From an uncultured Verrucomicrobiae bacterium (lineage in GTDB: Bacteria > Verrucomicrobiota > Verrucomicrobiia > Limisphaerales > UBA11358), in contig CAVTWB010000010.1 of the NCBI GenBank assembly GCA_963738245.1, positions 161,603 through 225,602 on the forward strand: a stretch of 64,000 nt of DNA, in the 5' to 3' direction. Below the pieces are notes generated by a model. It searched no databases. It was not told where the DNA came from and was given only the letters and a program-made list of their open reading frames with translations. Each line of letters opens with the position of its first letter. Within the stretch, counting starts at the first letter, position 1. Below are positions 26,787-36,194 of this stretch, in pieces. Position numbers and translations under genes: made by a program.

Positions 26787-28070
26787 TTACAACCCGCGCA
26801 TGATTTTTGCCGCCGCGCTGACCGTCTTTTCGATCTCCGCCGGCGTGTGCGCCGCCGAAACAAATCCCGCCTCGAACTGCGACGGCGCGAAATAAAATCC
26901 CGCGTCCAGCATCCCGTGGAAAAATTTCTTGAACCGCTCGCGGTCGCTTTTCAACGCGTCGGCCACATTGTGAACCGGCCCGCCCGTGAAATAAGTGCAG
27001 AACATCGAGCCGCAGGAATTGACCTGCACCGGCACGCCGGCGGATTTCGCGGCGTCCTTCATGCCGGCAGCCAGTTGTTCGCCGAGTTTTTCCAATTTGC
27101 CATACGCCCCGCTCGCCGCCAACTCTTCCAGATTCGCGATGCCGGCCGCCATCGCCAGCGGGTTGCCGCTCAATGTTCCCGCCTGATACACCGGACCGAG
27201 CGGCGCGAGACAATCCATGATTTCCGCGCGCCCGCCGAACGCGCCCACCGGCAGCCCGCCGCCGATCACCTTGCCAAACGTGGACAAGTCCGGCGTGATG
27301 TGAAACCGTTCCTGCGCGCCGCCGCGCGCGAGGCGGAAGCCCGTCATCACTTCGTCGAAAATCAACAGCGCGCCGTGCTCTTTCGTAATTTCGCGCAAAA
27401 ATTCCAGGTAGCCCGGCTTCGGCAAATACAAACCGGCGTTGCCCGGCACCGGCTCGATGATGATTCCGGCAATCTGATCCTTGTTCGCCGTGAATGCCGC
27501 CATGACGGCTTCAAAATCATTATACGGCAGAACAATCGTGTGCTGAGTGAACGCCGCCGGCACGCCCGCGCTGTCGGGCTGGCCGAACGTCAGCGCGCCG
27601 CTGCCTGCGCGCACCAGCAGCGAATCCGCGTGCCCGTGATAGCAGCCGTCAAACTTGATGATTTTGTCGCGCCGCGTGAACCCGCGCGCCAGCCGGATCG
27701 CGCTCATGCACGCCTCCGTGCCGCTGCTCGTCATGCGGACTTTTTTCACGCTCGGCACCCGCTCGCAAATCATCTTCGCCATTGTCACTTCCAGCGGATT
27801 GGGAATGCCGAAGCTCGTGCCGTGATCGGCGGCGGCCTTGACGGCGGAAATAATTTTCGGATGTGCGTGGCCGAGAATCGCCGGTCCCCAGGTGCCGACA
27901 TAATCAATCAGTTCGTTGCCGTCCACGTCCCAGATTTTTGAGCCGCTCGCGCGGTTGACAAAAAACGGGTGGCCACCCACGGCGCGAAACGCTCGCACCG
28001 GCGAATTGACGCCGCCAGGAATATATTTCAACGCCTCGGCAAAAAGTTGCTCGGATTGGGTCCGGTTCAT
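26787..28070 (-). CDS. hemL: glutamate-1-semialdehyde 2,1-aminomutase
   Basis: [12 protein letters not shown]...[16 protein letters not shown]...[15 protein letters not shown]...[10 protein letters not shown]... Confidence 0.95.
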   Translation of the reverse strand: MNRTQSEQLFAEALKYIPGGVNSPVRAFRAVGGHPFFVNRASGSKIWDVDGNELIDYVGTWGPAILGHAHPKIISAVKAAADHGTSFGIPNPLEVTMAKMICERVPSVKKVRMTSSGTEACMSAIRLARGFTRRDKIIKFDGCYHGHADSLLVRAGSGALTFGQPDSAGVPAAFTQHTIVLPYNDFEAVMAAFTANKDQIAGIIIEPVPGNAGLYLPKPGYLEFLREITKEHGALLIFDEVMTGFRLARGGAQERFHITPDLSTFGKVIGGGLPVGAFGGRAEIMDCLAPLGPVYQAGTLSGNPLAMAAGIANLEELAASGAYGKLEKLGEQLAAGMKDAAKSAGVPVQVNSCGSMFCTYFTGGPVHNVADALKSDRERFKKFFHGMLDAGFYFAPSQFEAGFVSAAHTPAEIEKTVSAAAKIMRGL

Positions 28071-28297
28071 GCGGATAAATTAACAACGAAGACGCGAGGA
28101 AACAAAGCAGAATGAAATTGGATTAATAGCGGAATTCGCCAAGCCACACGGAAGCCCGAGATCATCGGAGGGACGGGTTCCACGCGCTGGTATCCGATTA
28201 AGGAGGGTGTTAAACGCGCAAAATGGCCATTTGGCAGTAGTATCGTGAGCGTTGAGTGTGTGTGTCGATTCCCCGTCTAAAGGCGATATAATCGCCG

Positions 28298-28531
28298 ATG
28301 CCTGTTTTTAAACCCGTTTTTTCCCAAATTGTCGCTCGTCTCCACAACCATGCTTTTGCCCGGTGTGCCGAGCAGTTCCCAGTGCGGCGCAACCTCCGTC
28401 GTTTTTCTGCTTATGATCATTTTTTAGCACTGTGCTTTGGTCAACTGACTTATCGCGAAAGCCTGTGCGACATCGTTGCCTGCCTCAACGCGCGTCCTCG
28501 ATTGCAATACCACCTTGGGTTTAGGGGGATA
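28298..28531 (+). pseudogene. N-terminal remnant of an IS4-family (DUF4372-type) transposase, cut by the IS630 insertion
   Basis: MPVFKPVFSQIVARLHNHAFARCAEQF..RRFSAYDHFLALCFGQLTYRESLCDIVACLNARPRLQYHLGFRG matches the conserved N-terminus of this transposase type. The reading frame ends at the IS630 left end. Confidence 0.6.
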
Positions 28532-28578
28532 TAGAATTTCATATTGACATTGGGACATAAGCTGATAGGCTTGAGGGC

Positions 28579-29428
28579 ATGAAAGCCTATGCGTTGGACT
28601 TGCGGGAACGGGTGGTGAAATTCATTCAGGGCGGTGGCTCCAAAGCCGAGGCCGCCCGGCGCTTTGAGCTGGCCCGGAGTTCCGTTTATCGGTATCTCGT
28701 TGCCGCTAAAAAGGGCGCGTTGACCCCGAAAAAGAGCTGGGGGCATTGGCGCAAGCTCGACCCCCAAAAACTCCAGGCGCATGTCAAAAAACATCCCGAC
28801 GCCACCCTCAAGGAAATCCAAAGGGTCTTTGGTGTCAGCCATCACGCGGTCTGGGTGCGGTTGGGACAACTGGGCTTCACGTTAAAAAAAACTCACAAAA
28901 TATCGCGAGCGCAACGAAGTGCAACGGTGGCTCTTCCGCCGCGAACTGGAAAAGTTCAACGGCCAGCCCGTCTTTTACCTCGACGAATGCGGCGTGGATC
29001 ACCGCCTGTATCGTGAGTATGGCCGCGCGCCCCGGGGTGAACGGATTTATCAGGCCGTGGCCGGCAAACGGCGGGAACGCACCAGCATCATCTCGGCCTC
29101 GCAACAAGGCAAACTGGTGGCCCCGCTGGTGTTTCAAGGCAGTTGCAACACGGAAGTGGTGGACACTTATTTTGAACAGGTGCTGCTGCCCGAACTGCCG
29201 CCAGGCAGCGTGATCGTTTTGGACAACGCCCGCTTCCATCAATCCCCCACTACGCAGAAGCTGGTCGAAGCCGCCGGCTGTCAGTTGCTTTTTCTGCCGG
29301 CCTACTCCCCCGACCTCAACCCCATCGAACATCTCTGGGCCGCGTTCAAGACCCGCCTGCGCAAAGACCTGGCCACCGCCACCAACCCCTTCCTTTTTAT
29401 CGCCAATATGTCCCAATGTTATTGTTAA
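28579..29428 (+). CDS. IS630-family DDE transposase, in two frames joined at an A8 run
   Basis: N-terminal HTH part MKAYALDLRERVVKFIQGGGSKAEAARRF. Catalytic part with YLDECG, VLDNARFH and NPIEHLW (D,D,E). The second frame is +1 relative to the first. Confidence 0.85.
28884..28891 (+). promoter_or_regulatory. A8 slippery run at the transposase frame junction
   Basis: gttAAAAAAAActc. Removing one A fuses the two frames into ...GFTLKKLTKYRERNEVQRWLF... Confidence 0.5.
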
Positions 29429-29801
29429 TTGCTATAGTGCGTATGGATTATCAGGTAAAAGAAAGCAAGGTGCTGATCCGGGTGGAAGGGACGCCCGCAT
29501 TGTGGTCGCAGGAAAGCTGTCCGCATTGCGCCGCCAAGACTGTGCGCGGTTATCAATTGCATTTTGTCCCGGCTTGAAGAAAAACGCGTAGCGATTGATG
29601 CCGGATTCATTCCGGGCTTGGTGAGCAAATATGAAGTCACGATTGCTTTGAATGGTTGACATGGGCATCGAAGATTCAACAATCAGAACATCTGCATCGA
29701 AGTCAAGATTCGTCTGTGAACTGGCGGTAAAGCGAATCAAAAACACGCCCAAGGCGACAATCCTTGTCAAGCAATCAAGCTTGAAACGCCGGATGCCGCG
29801 T

Positions 29802-29838
29802 AAAAATTAAACGCCGGCCTGAAATTTTCCAGGCCGGC
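29802..29838 (-). terminator. terminator downstream of the lipoprotein cluster
   Basis: The minus strand reads GCCGGCCTG gaaaattt CAGGCCGGC gtttaattttt (9-bp stem). Confidence 0.7.
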
Positions 29839-29862
29839 ATCGGGGCAAAACCATCAGCGCGT

Positions 29863-30459
29863 TCAGAAACCAACGGACGAGCGCGTGCCCTGCTTGGTGA
29901 TTTCTTTCTCACCTTCCCAGACCGCCAGACCGCTCTTGGGATCGGTCAGCGAAAGCTGGAAACTGTAAGTGGACTGGCTGGTGTTGCCGGCCTTGACGGC
30001 GAGCTGGATGATTTTGCCGGAAAGCGTGAAGTCCGGGATGCGGGTGCTTTTCACATCGGACTTGAAATCATTCTCCTGCTGCAATCCCTGGGCCATCGGG
30101 TCTTCGGCGGTGCCGCCCAAGCCCATCGTGGTGGTGGTCACGGCCTTGCCGCTTTGGAGCAGGGCGACGCGGATTTTCTTGGTGAGCAGATCAATGTCAA
30201 TCTGCTGGCCGGTGTTGTTGACAATGCGGCTGATGGCGAGCACGGCAGGCGGATTGGCCACGCGGCCGAGCGCGCCGGACGCGAGCAGCTCGCCTGTCAT
30301 CGCGTCGGCGGCCTGGATGTAATCCTGAATGTTGATCTGGCCGATGGTGACAACGCTTTGGCTGCCGCCGGTCTGGACGTAATGGGCGTTGGTCGCGCAA
30401 CCGCCGCCGATGAGCGGGATGGCCGCGGCTAGAACGGGCATGAGAATTTTATTTTTCAT
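29863..30459 (-). CDS. LpoB-like lipoprotein (COG3417 family)
   Basis: Lipobox LIGGGC. PAVLAISRIVNNTGQQIDIDLLTKKIRVALLQSGK and a C-terminal YSFQLSLTD..SGLAVWEGEKEI pattern. Confidence 0.75.
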   Translation of the reverse strand: MKNKILMPVLAAAIPLIGGGCATNAHYVQTGGSQSVVTIGQINIQDYIQAADAMTGELLASGALGRVANPPAVLAISRIVNNTGQQIDIDLLTKKIRVALLQSGKAVTTTTMGLGGTAEDPMAQGLQQENDFKSDVKSTRIPDFTLSGKIIQLAVKAGNTSQSTYSFQLSLTDPKSGLAVWEGEKEITKQGTRSSVGF

Positions 30460-30475
30460 GAGAGGTTTTGTTTTT

Positions 30476-30893
30476 TTAGTTTAGGATGAACTTGACGCGG
30501 AAATCCCGGCATTCGGGCGTCGGGGCCACGGTGGAAATGAACTTGTCTTCGCCGCCCAGAATCACGTCGGGAATTTCCGCCGTGGTCAGCGTGCTCAATT
30601 GCATTCCGTTGGCGTCGAACCATTCAAAATGATAGCTGAAATTTTGCGGCGAACGCGTGGTGTTCAGCAGTTCAATCTGCACTTTCAGAAATCCACCGGG
30701 CGTCATCGCCGAATTGACGCCGACGATGGAAACTTTTTTGGTGAGGCCCGTGTCGGTGACGGCGCGCTGGTCGGACACCATCTGGCGCTGGCCGGTTTTC
30801 TGGGCGTTCTCGACCGAGTTGACGGACGTTTTGCAGCCGGAAACCACCAGCAGCAGCTGCTCCGGCAAGCGTGAGAAAAAGTCCTGTTTTCAT
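30476..30893 (-). CDS. YcfL-family (DUF1425) lipoprotein; signal peptide in a neighbouring frame as assembled
   Basis: FLKVQIELLNTTRSPQNFSYHFEWFDANGMQL...DFRVKFI. The ATG at 30893 (MKTGLFLTL..) overlaps the upstream stop as ATGA but is one base out of frame with ..VVSGCKTSVNS. Confidence 0.7.
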
Positions 30894-32308
30894 TTCAGTT
30901 TCATTTGCGTCACCAGCAGCGGGCCGGCGGCATTGATGGATTTGACGTAAATCAGGTTAATGGTGCCATCACCAATTGTCATCTGGATTCTTTGACGCCC
31001 GCCGGGCGTTTCCAATTCAATTTTTCTGTCCGGCGGCGTGGGAAAATGGCAGACCTGAAACTGCTTCGGCAGCGTCGTCCAGGTGCGCTCGTCGGCGATA
31101 TTGACGGCGGCCTGATAAATGGCGGTGCCGATTTGCATGAACAGCCCGGCCAGATCATTTTGCTGCCCGGCGGCCTGGTTCGCCGCGTAGGCGGCCACGC
31201 CCTTGACCACCGTGGCCGCGATGGTTTTGGTGATCACAATCGGCATTTCATTTTTGAAATCAATGCCGATGACGCTGTCCATGTCGGAAACCAGCGCCGT
31301 ATTCAAATTCCTGCCGTCCGCTGTCACGGTCAGGCTGGGAATAAAATTCCCCTGCGGCTTGAGCGTGGGAAACGCTGCACCGATGTAGGAAACTTTCGTG
31401 ACGATGATGGGAATATCAATGCGAATCTGGTCGCGCACCGGCGCGCAGCCGGTTTCAAAAATGACAAAAGTGGTCGGCGGCAGCGCTCGGCCGTTGATCA
31501 AATTGTCCACTATCGCCAAATCTTCTCTCGCGTAGCGGTTGTCCGGCGCCATTTCCGTGACCCGCTCAAAAGATTTGCGGGCGCGCTCCAGATCCGAATT
31601 GTCGGCGGCATCCGTCATGAAAAACAGGCCGTCGAGATAAACGGTGAACGGATTGACGTAAGCCGCGTAAGGTTTGAGATTGTTGAGATTCGTGGAGCTG
31701 TTTTGAATTTGCGCCTGCAGGCCCGGATCGTTTTGCGCCCTTTGAATGGCCGCGCTGTCCTTGTTCCGGGCCGCCTCGGCCTGAACTTTTTCAATGCGCT
31801 TCTGATTATCCTGAACGGCATCCTGCTGGCGTTGATAGGCGCGGATGAGTTCGGGCCGGGCCTTGTCCGGCTCGCCCAGTGCGAGATAATTCAGCGCCAT
31901 GTAAGTGTTCAGCATGATGCCGTCGTAGGCACGGCCATCGTAATCCAGGTTGGCCTGATTGGACAGCAGCGCGCCGGTTTCTTGGCCGAGCCGGACCTTG
32001 GCTTTCTGCGCGTAGTCGTCCATTTTTTCCTGCGCAGTTTCAAACGCCTTGTTGCTGTCCTCGTATTGGCCGTTCGCGCGCAGCACCGCGCCCTGCTCCA
32101 GACGCCAGATGACGGCGTCCTTGTTGTCCGCATTTTTATCGGCCGTCTTGGTGGCCACGACCACCGCGTTGGTCAAATCGCCGCGCTGCCAATATTGAAT
32201 GACTTTATTCTGCTCCTGATAAGTTTTGCAGCCGGTCGCCAGCAGCCCGGCCACCGCCGCCAGCAGCAGCGATTGAACGCAGGGCTTGAATCCAGCGAGT
32301 GTTTTCAA
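30890..32308 (-). CDS. large lipoprotein, COG3014-like (TPR-like N-terminus)
   Basis: Lipobox LLATGC. AVIWRLEQGAVLRANGQYEDSNKAFETAQ... It sits between csgG-like and ycfL-like genes, as in the clusters I recall. Confidence 0.55.
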   Translation of the reverse strand: MKTLAGFKPCVQSLLLAAVAGLLATGCKTYQEQNKVIQYWQRGDLTNAVVVATKTADKNADNKDAVIWRLEQGAVLRANGQYEDSNKAFETAQEKMDDYAQKAKVRLGQETGALLSNQANLDYDGRAYDGIMLNTYMALNYLALGEPDKARPELIRAYQRQQDAVQDNQKRIEKVQAEAARNKDSAAIQRAQNDPGLQAQIQNSSTNLNNLKPYAAYVNPFTVYLDGLFFMTDAADNSDLERARKSFERVTEMAPDNRYAREDLAIVDNLINGRALPPTTFVIFETGCAPVRDQIRIDIPIIVTKVSYIGAAFPTLKPQGNFIPSLTVTADGRNLNTALVSDMDSVIGIDFKNEMPIVITKTIAATVVKGVAAYAANQAAGQQNDLAGLFMQIGTAIYQAAVNIADERTWTTLPKQFQVCHFPTPPDRKIELETPGGRQRIQMTIGDGTINLIYVKSINAAGPLLVTQMKLK

Positions 32309-32316
32309 CGGGGAGA

Positions 32317-33264
32317 TTAATTTGCGGGCTGCGCCGGTTTGCGGAGAATGGCGCCCTTGTCAATGCCGGCGTCATCCACGATTTCCGCCGTAGAGGTCTT
32401 CGGGTTCACCTGCGTGATTTTCACCGTGCCGACATTCACCTCTTCGCGGCCGAGCGATTCCTTCGTGTCGGGGTCAATCAATTCCTGGCCGAGCGCATAC
32501 GCATTGAACGTGTCGCCCATGGCCACGCCGCCGCCCTCACCTCGATTGAGGATGACTTGATTATCGCGACGGATGAGAACCTTAATGGGGAAAATCACGT
32601 CCGCAAAATGATTGGCAATTTTCTGCGCCATGTCGCGCGCCACCATGACCATCATCTCGTCGGTCAGATTGCCGTCCTTGATCGAATAGCTCCGGTTTTC
32701 GGAAATGTCCTTGAACGCGTCGTTGCCGGTTTGCAGGTTCGCCGACTCGATCAACTTGCCGGTGCTCGAGTCATAAAGTTTCCCGACAACCGACAGCCGG
32801 AATGCGCGTTTGGTGGCGCTGCGGCCTGTGCCGGCAAACGTGGCCGTCTCGACGTAATCCTGAAAATCGTCCACCGTCGCCACGAGCAGAAAAGTCGCGC
32901 CGGCAAGCTTGCCGGCCTTGGCGGCGGTGTTGCTGGCCACGTTCGTGGACGTGTCGAGCGCCTGTTCATAGAAAATGTCGGACAAATCACTGCGGCTTAC
33001 GACATCGAATTTGCGCGTTGCGTTGATGCGGTCAATCAACTGGCTGTTCATGGACTCAATGATGCGCCCCATCTCCAATCTTTTATCCGGCATAACCGAA
33101 GCGTCCAGCGACGGCGTTGGCTTGATGGATGAGACGGCGATGGTGGCTTTGCCGTCCTGGGCGGCGGCAACCATGGGCAGCAAAATGCCCGCCAGCAAAC
33201 CGGCGCAAATCGCGCGGAACGAACGGTCGCCCGCCGCCGGCAAAAATGGGAAAGACACTCGCAT
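32317..33264 (-). CDS. CsgG/HfaB-family outer-membrane lipoprotein-like protein
   Basis: KATIAVSSIK...RIIESMNSQLIDRINATRKFDVVSRSDL...AGATFLLVATVDDFQ... is the pattern of COG1462/CsgG-like proteins. Confidence 0.7.
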   Translation of the reverse strand: MRVSFPFLPAAGDRSFRAICAGLLAGILLPMVAAAQDGKATIAVSSIKPTPSLDASVMPDKRLEMGRIIESMNSQLIDRINATRKFDVVSRSDLSDIFYEQALDTSTNVASNTAAKAGKLAGATFLLVATVDDFQDYVETATFAGTGRSATKRAFRLSVVGKLYDSSTGKLIESANLQTGNDAFKDISENRSYSIKDGNLTDEMMVMVARDMAQKIANHFADVIFPIKVLIRRDNQVILNRGEGGGVAMGDTFNAYALGQELIDPDTKESLGREEVNVGTVKITQVNPKTSTAEIVDDAGIDKGAILRKPAQPAN

Positions 33265-33290
33265 AATTTTTTCGCGGTTGAAAAATCAGA

Positions 33291-33728
33291 TCACTGGCCC
33301 GTAGCGTTTGTGCCCGGCGGCGTGGCAACGGAAGTGATAGGTGCGGCTTGTGCTGCTGGCGCGACCGGCGGCGGTGCCGGATTGCCGGTCGGAGCCGGCA
33401 TGTGCGCCGGCCGGCCATATTGATCCACCAAAACATCGTAAGGCACTTGGATTGTCCGGCCGTCCGCCGTGGTTTCCGTGCGCCAATAGCGAACCATGTG
33501 ATATTGCGGATCGAAAGTGTAGGCAAAACCATGCGTGGTTCCCTGCACCACGCCCACGCCGGCACCTGCGACGTTCCCCGCCACGACGCCCACGCCCGCG
33601 CCCACGGCCTTGCCCGCCGTCGGTCCGGGCTGATACGGGCTGCCCGTGCCGTAATCGGAGCGGCAGCCGGTGGCAGCCAGAAGAATTATCACACTCGTGA
33701 AGGTTCCGGCGATGATGGTCGTTTTCAT
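33291..33728 (-). CDS. glycine-zipper lipoprotein
   Basis: MKTTIIAGTFTSVIILLAATGC lipobox. GKAVGAGVGVVAGNVAGAGVGVV glycine zipper. P/A-rich tail. Confidence 0.6.
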   Translation of the reverse strand: MKTTIIAGTFTSVIILLAATGCRSDYGTGSPYQPGPTAGKAVGAGVGVVAGNVAGAGVGVVQGTTHGFAYTFDPQYHMVRYWRTETTADGRTIQVPYDVLVDQYGRPAHMPAPTGNPAPPPVAPAAQAAPITSVATPPGTNATGQ

Positions 33729-33756
33729 GGTGTGCCTCTTAATTTGTCGAGTTGTC

Positions 33757-34138
33757 CTAGTTTTGGGGCAACCGATGCCGCCATTCAAGCAAATTATCCG
33801 ACGAAAAACCACCCGCCGGTTCACGACGGGCGGTGACCCTGAAGCCGATTATTGTTTGTCGTATTGCAAGCGCCAGCTTGAGCTGCTCAATGGCCGCGTC
33901 ACATTCCTTCAACGCCGACTCGCGGTGGCCGCCGAAATCATGGTTCGCATTCTTCAAGTCCACCTTCGCCTTTTCCAGCGCGTGGATGGCATTGCGGATG
34001 GCCGGATGCCGCTCGTGAGCTGGGGTTTGTGTGGCTGGCGGCGGCGGGGTGCTTTGCGCCAGAGCCGTGGTGTTGGTGTAAATCGCCGCCCCGGTCAGGG
34101 TCAGCAGCGGTTGCAATCAATGTTATTTTCCGTTTCAT
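33757..34138 (-). CDS. small secreted protein; the start (MKRKITLIA, ATG 34138) is one base out of frame with the body as assembled
   Basis: The body reads ..LLTLTGAAIYTNTTALAQSTPPPP...AIHALEKAKVDLKNANHDFGGHRESALKECDAAIEQLKLAL. The alternative is a TTG start at 34116. Confidence 0.45.
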
Positions 34139-34243
34139 AATGTTGATGTTTGGTCTGTTTGCGGGCAATATGCCCCCGGTTCCATAGACGAGCGAAGTTG
34201 CCAAAAGATTCAAAAAAAACGCGCCTCGTTTTAAGCCGCAAAA

Positions 34244-34993
34244 TCACCGCCAGTAACCACGGTGATAATGCCAGCCGTAGCCATCGTGCCAGCGTCGGCC
34301 AGAAATCCAGACCGCGTTCGGATACGGCGGATAGGCCCAATGCCCGGCAACCCAGAACCAGCCCGCCCCGCCCCACGCCCATTCCCCGCCAATCCAAACA
34401 TAACCCGGCCCAGGCGCAACCACGACCGTTTCCACCGGTGCCGGCGGCGGCGGCGCCTGGACCACCGTGGCGGCAGGCTGGCTTGCCAGCGGAACACTGC
34501 CAGCGGTCTCCGGCGTGTTGATCATGTAATTCACCACTTTATCCGTCACGCCGGCATCGCGTAGATCAATGATTTCCGGCGCGGTCAAATGATAAACCGT
34601 GTGTGAATTCCGGATCTGGCTGATGATGACATCCTCACTGATGCCGGCCTTCGCCAGGGCCTTGACGTCCGTAAGGCTCAACGGCTGCCCTTGGTAAACC
34701 TTCGCATAGGTATCCGGGGACTGCTCGCGCAACCGTGCCTGCTGTTGCTGATCCATCGAGTAGCCGATCAGGCCGCCGCCAACCGCCCCCGCGCCGGCGC
34801 CGATCAATGCGCCCTCGCCGCCATGCTGCGGGCCGCCGATGGCCGCGCCGGAGATCGCCCCCACCGCGCCGCCAATCAGCGCGCCGGAACCGGTGTTGTT
34901 CTGCGTGCCGTCAGGGTTGACACAGCCGGTCAACAACGCCGCCGCACCCGCCGCCGCCAAAACCCAAATATTTGTTTTCATGGTCATTTTCAA
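34244..34993 (-). CDS. lipoprotein with a glycine zipper and a C-terminal W/Y/G-rich (YXWGXW-like) repeat region
   Basis: Lipobox LLTGC. GALIGGAVGAISGAAIGG...GAGAGAVGGGLIG. C-terminus YVWIGGEWAWGGAGWFWVAGHWAYPPYP...GYGWHYHRGYWR. Confidence 0.65.
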   Translation of the reverse strand: MKMTMKTNIWVLAAAGAAALLTGCVNPDGTQNNTGSGALIGGAVGAISGAAIGGPQHGGEGALIGAGAGAVGGGLIGYSMDQQQQARLREQSPDTYAKVYQGQPLSLTDVKALAKAGISEDVIISQIRNSHTVYHLTAPEIIDLRDAGVTDKVVNYMINTPETAGSVPLASQPAATVVQAPPPPAPVETVVVAPGPGYVWIGGEWAWGGAGWFWVAGHWAYPPYPNAVWISGRRWHDGYGWHYHRGYWR

Positions 34994-35011
34994 AATTGTC
35001 TTTTACACGTT

Positions 35012-35030
35012 CAAGTAACCAGACGGTTAC
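35012..35030. promoter_or_regulatory. perfect palindrome GTAACC-agac-GGTTAC in a divergent promoter region
   Basis: caagtaaccagacggttac. The 18-mer caagtaaccagacggtta is identical to 20288-20305. Confidence 0.3.
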
Positions 35031-35152
35031 CCATATTGGAATAGACAGTTGCCAAAACGCGATTATTCAAAAATATCAAGCGAACAGACGCATCGCCGGC
35101 TTACCGGGTGGAATGATTTGATTTGTTTCGCCGCTGCGGCTTCAATGTTCAG

Positions 35153-35928
35153 GTGATTGCAAAACGTGTCATTCCCTGTCTCGACGTCCACGACGGCCAG
35201 GTCACGCGCGGCGTCCAGTTTGGCGTCGCCGAAAAAGGCGGCTTGAAGAATGTCGGCGACCCCGTGGAACTCGCGCTCCGCTACAACGAGCAGGGCGCGG
35301 ACGAAATGGTTTTCTTCGACATCACCGCCACCGCGCACGGCCGCGGCACGATGGTCGAGGTGATCGAACGCGCCGCCGACCAATGCTTCATGCCGCTCAC
35401 CGTCGGCGGCGGCATCAAGTCCGTGGAGGACATGTTCACCATGCTGCGCGCCGGGGCGGACAAGATTTCGCATCAACTCCAGCGCGCTGGCCCGGCCCGA
35501 ACTCATCCGCGAAGGCGCGGAGAAATTCGGCAGCCAGTGCATCGTCGTCTCGATTGACGCCAAGAAGATTGCGCCGGACAAATGGGGCGTGTTCTCGCAC
35601 GGCGGACGCAAGGACACCGGCCTCGACGCGCTTGAATGGGCGCAAGCGCGCCGTGGCGCTCGGCGCGGGCGAAATTGTGTTGAACTCCATTGACGCCGAC
35701 GGCACCAAGGCCGGGTTCGATCTCGTCATCACGCGGCGCGTGAGCGAAGCCGTGGGCGTGCCGGTGGTGGCCAGCGGCGGCGCGGGCACGCTGGAACACA
35801 TGGCCGAAGTGCTGCTGGCCGGCAAAGCCGACGCCGTCCTCGCCGCGAGCATTTTCCATTTCGGCACCTACACCGTCGGCGACGTGAAACAGTTTTTGAA
35901 GCAGAAGAATATTCCGGTGAGGTTATGA
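35153..35928 (+). pseudogene. hisF: imidazole glycerol phosphate synthase cyclase subunit HisF, two +1 frame breaks as assembled
   Basis: [23 protein letters not shown]...[25 protein letters not shown] | [31 protein letters not shown]... | [24 protein letters not shown]...ASGGAG...ASIFHFG. There is an extra base near 35471 and another near 35645-35651. Confidence 0.88.
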
Positions 35929-36194
35929 TTACGCCAAATCCAGACACTGTTAATTCATTCTTATCTGAATGGAACACGTTGGAAAATTATAGGCTTCAAG
36001 AACAATCTCTCAGCTTGTTGTTTAATAAATTTTGCCCCGGAAACGCCACGCTAGAATTTGTGCTCTTAAAAGTCACAGCGCTCAATCAGTTTTATAGCAC
36101 ATATATTCTGGACACCGAGATCGACCAGCGCGCCTATGAGCTTTATGGACTCACGCCGGAAGAAATTAAAATCGAGGGAGGCGCCGCCAAATGA
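35925..36194 (+). CDS. low-GC chimeric remnant ORF with a C-terminus like that of a DNA methyltransferase or type IIG R-M enzyme
   Basis: Ends in ..[21 protein letters not shown], a tail I recognise from N6-adenine MTase/R-M proteins. It is only 89 aa and overlaps the hisF stop (ATGA). Confidence 0.35.
   Translation: MITPNPDTVNSFLSEWNTLENYRLQEQSLSLLFNKFCPGNATLEFVLLKVTALNQFYSTYILDTEIDQRAYELYGLTPEEIKIEGGAAK

Larger units (their letters stand above)
28532..29434 (+). mobile_element. compact IS630/Tc1-mariner family insertion sequence (ISY100-like size) flanked by a TA duplication
   Basis: Terminal inverted repeats TAGAATTTCATATTGACATTGGGACATA / TATGTCCCAATGTTATTGTTAATTGCTA. TA dinucleotides at 28530-31 and 29435-36. 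Confidence 0.85.

Noticed and set aside
26275-27213. A 312-aa version of the Spy/CpxP-like ORF, and likewise the 486-aa version of 40818..42278, the 237-aa version of 25400..26113 and the 273-aa version of 38539..39360.
   Set aside because: The N-terminal extensions are Arg/Gly-rich junk that overlaps neighbouring genes or the tRNA. Internal ATG/GTG starts give proper signal peptides or operon-coupled starts.
29437-29800. Continuation of the IS4-family transposase after the IS630 element, or an ISL3-like zinc-finger N-terminus (..VLIRVEGTPALWSQESCPHC..).
   Set aside because: The translation after restoring the TA target does not resemble the expected IS4/DUF4372 continuation. The ISL3-like resemblance is too short and stops after about 50 codons.
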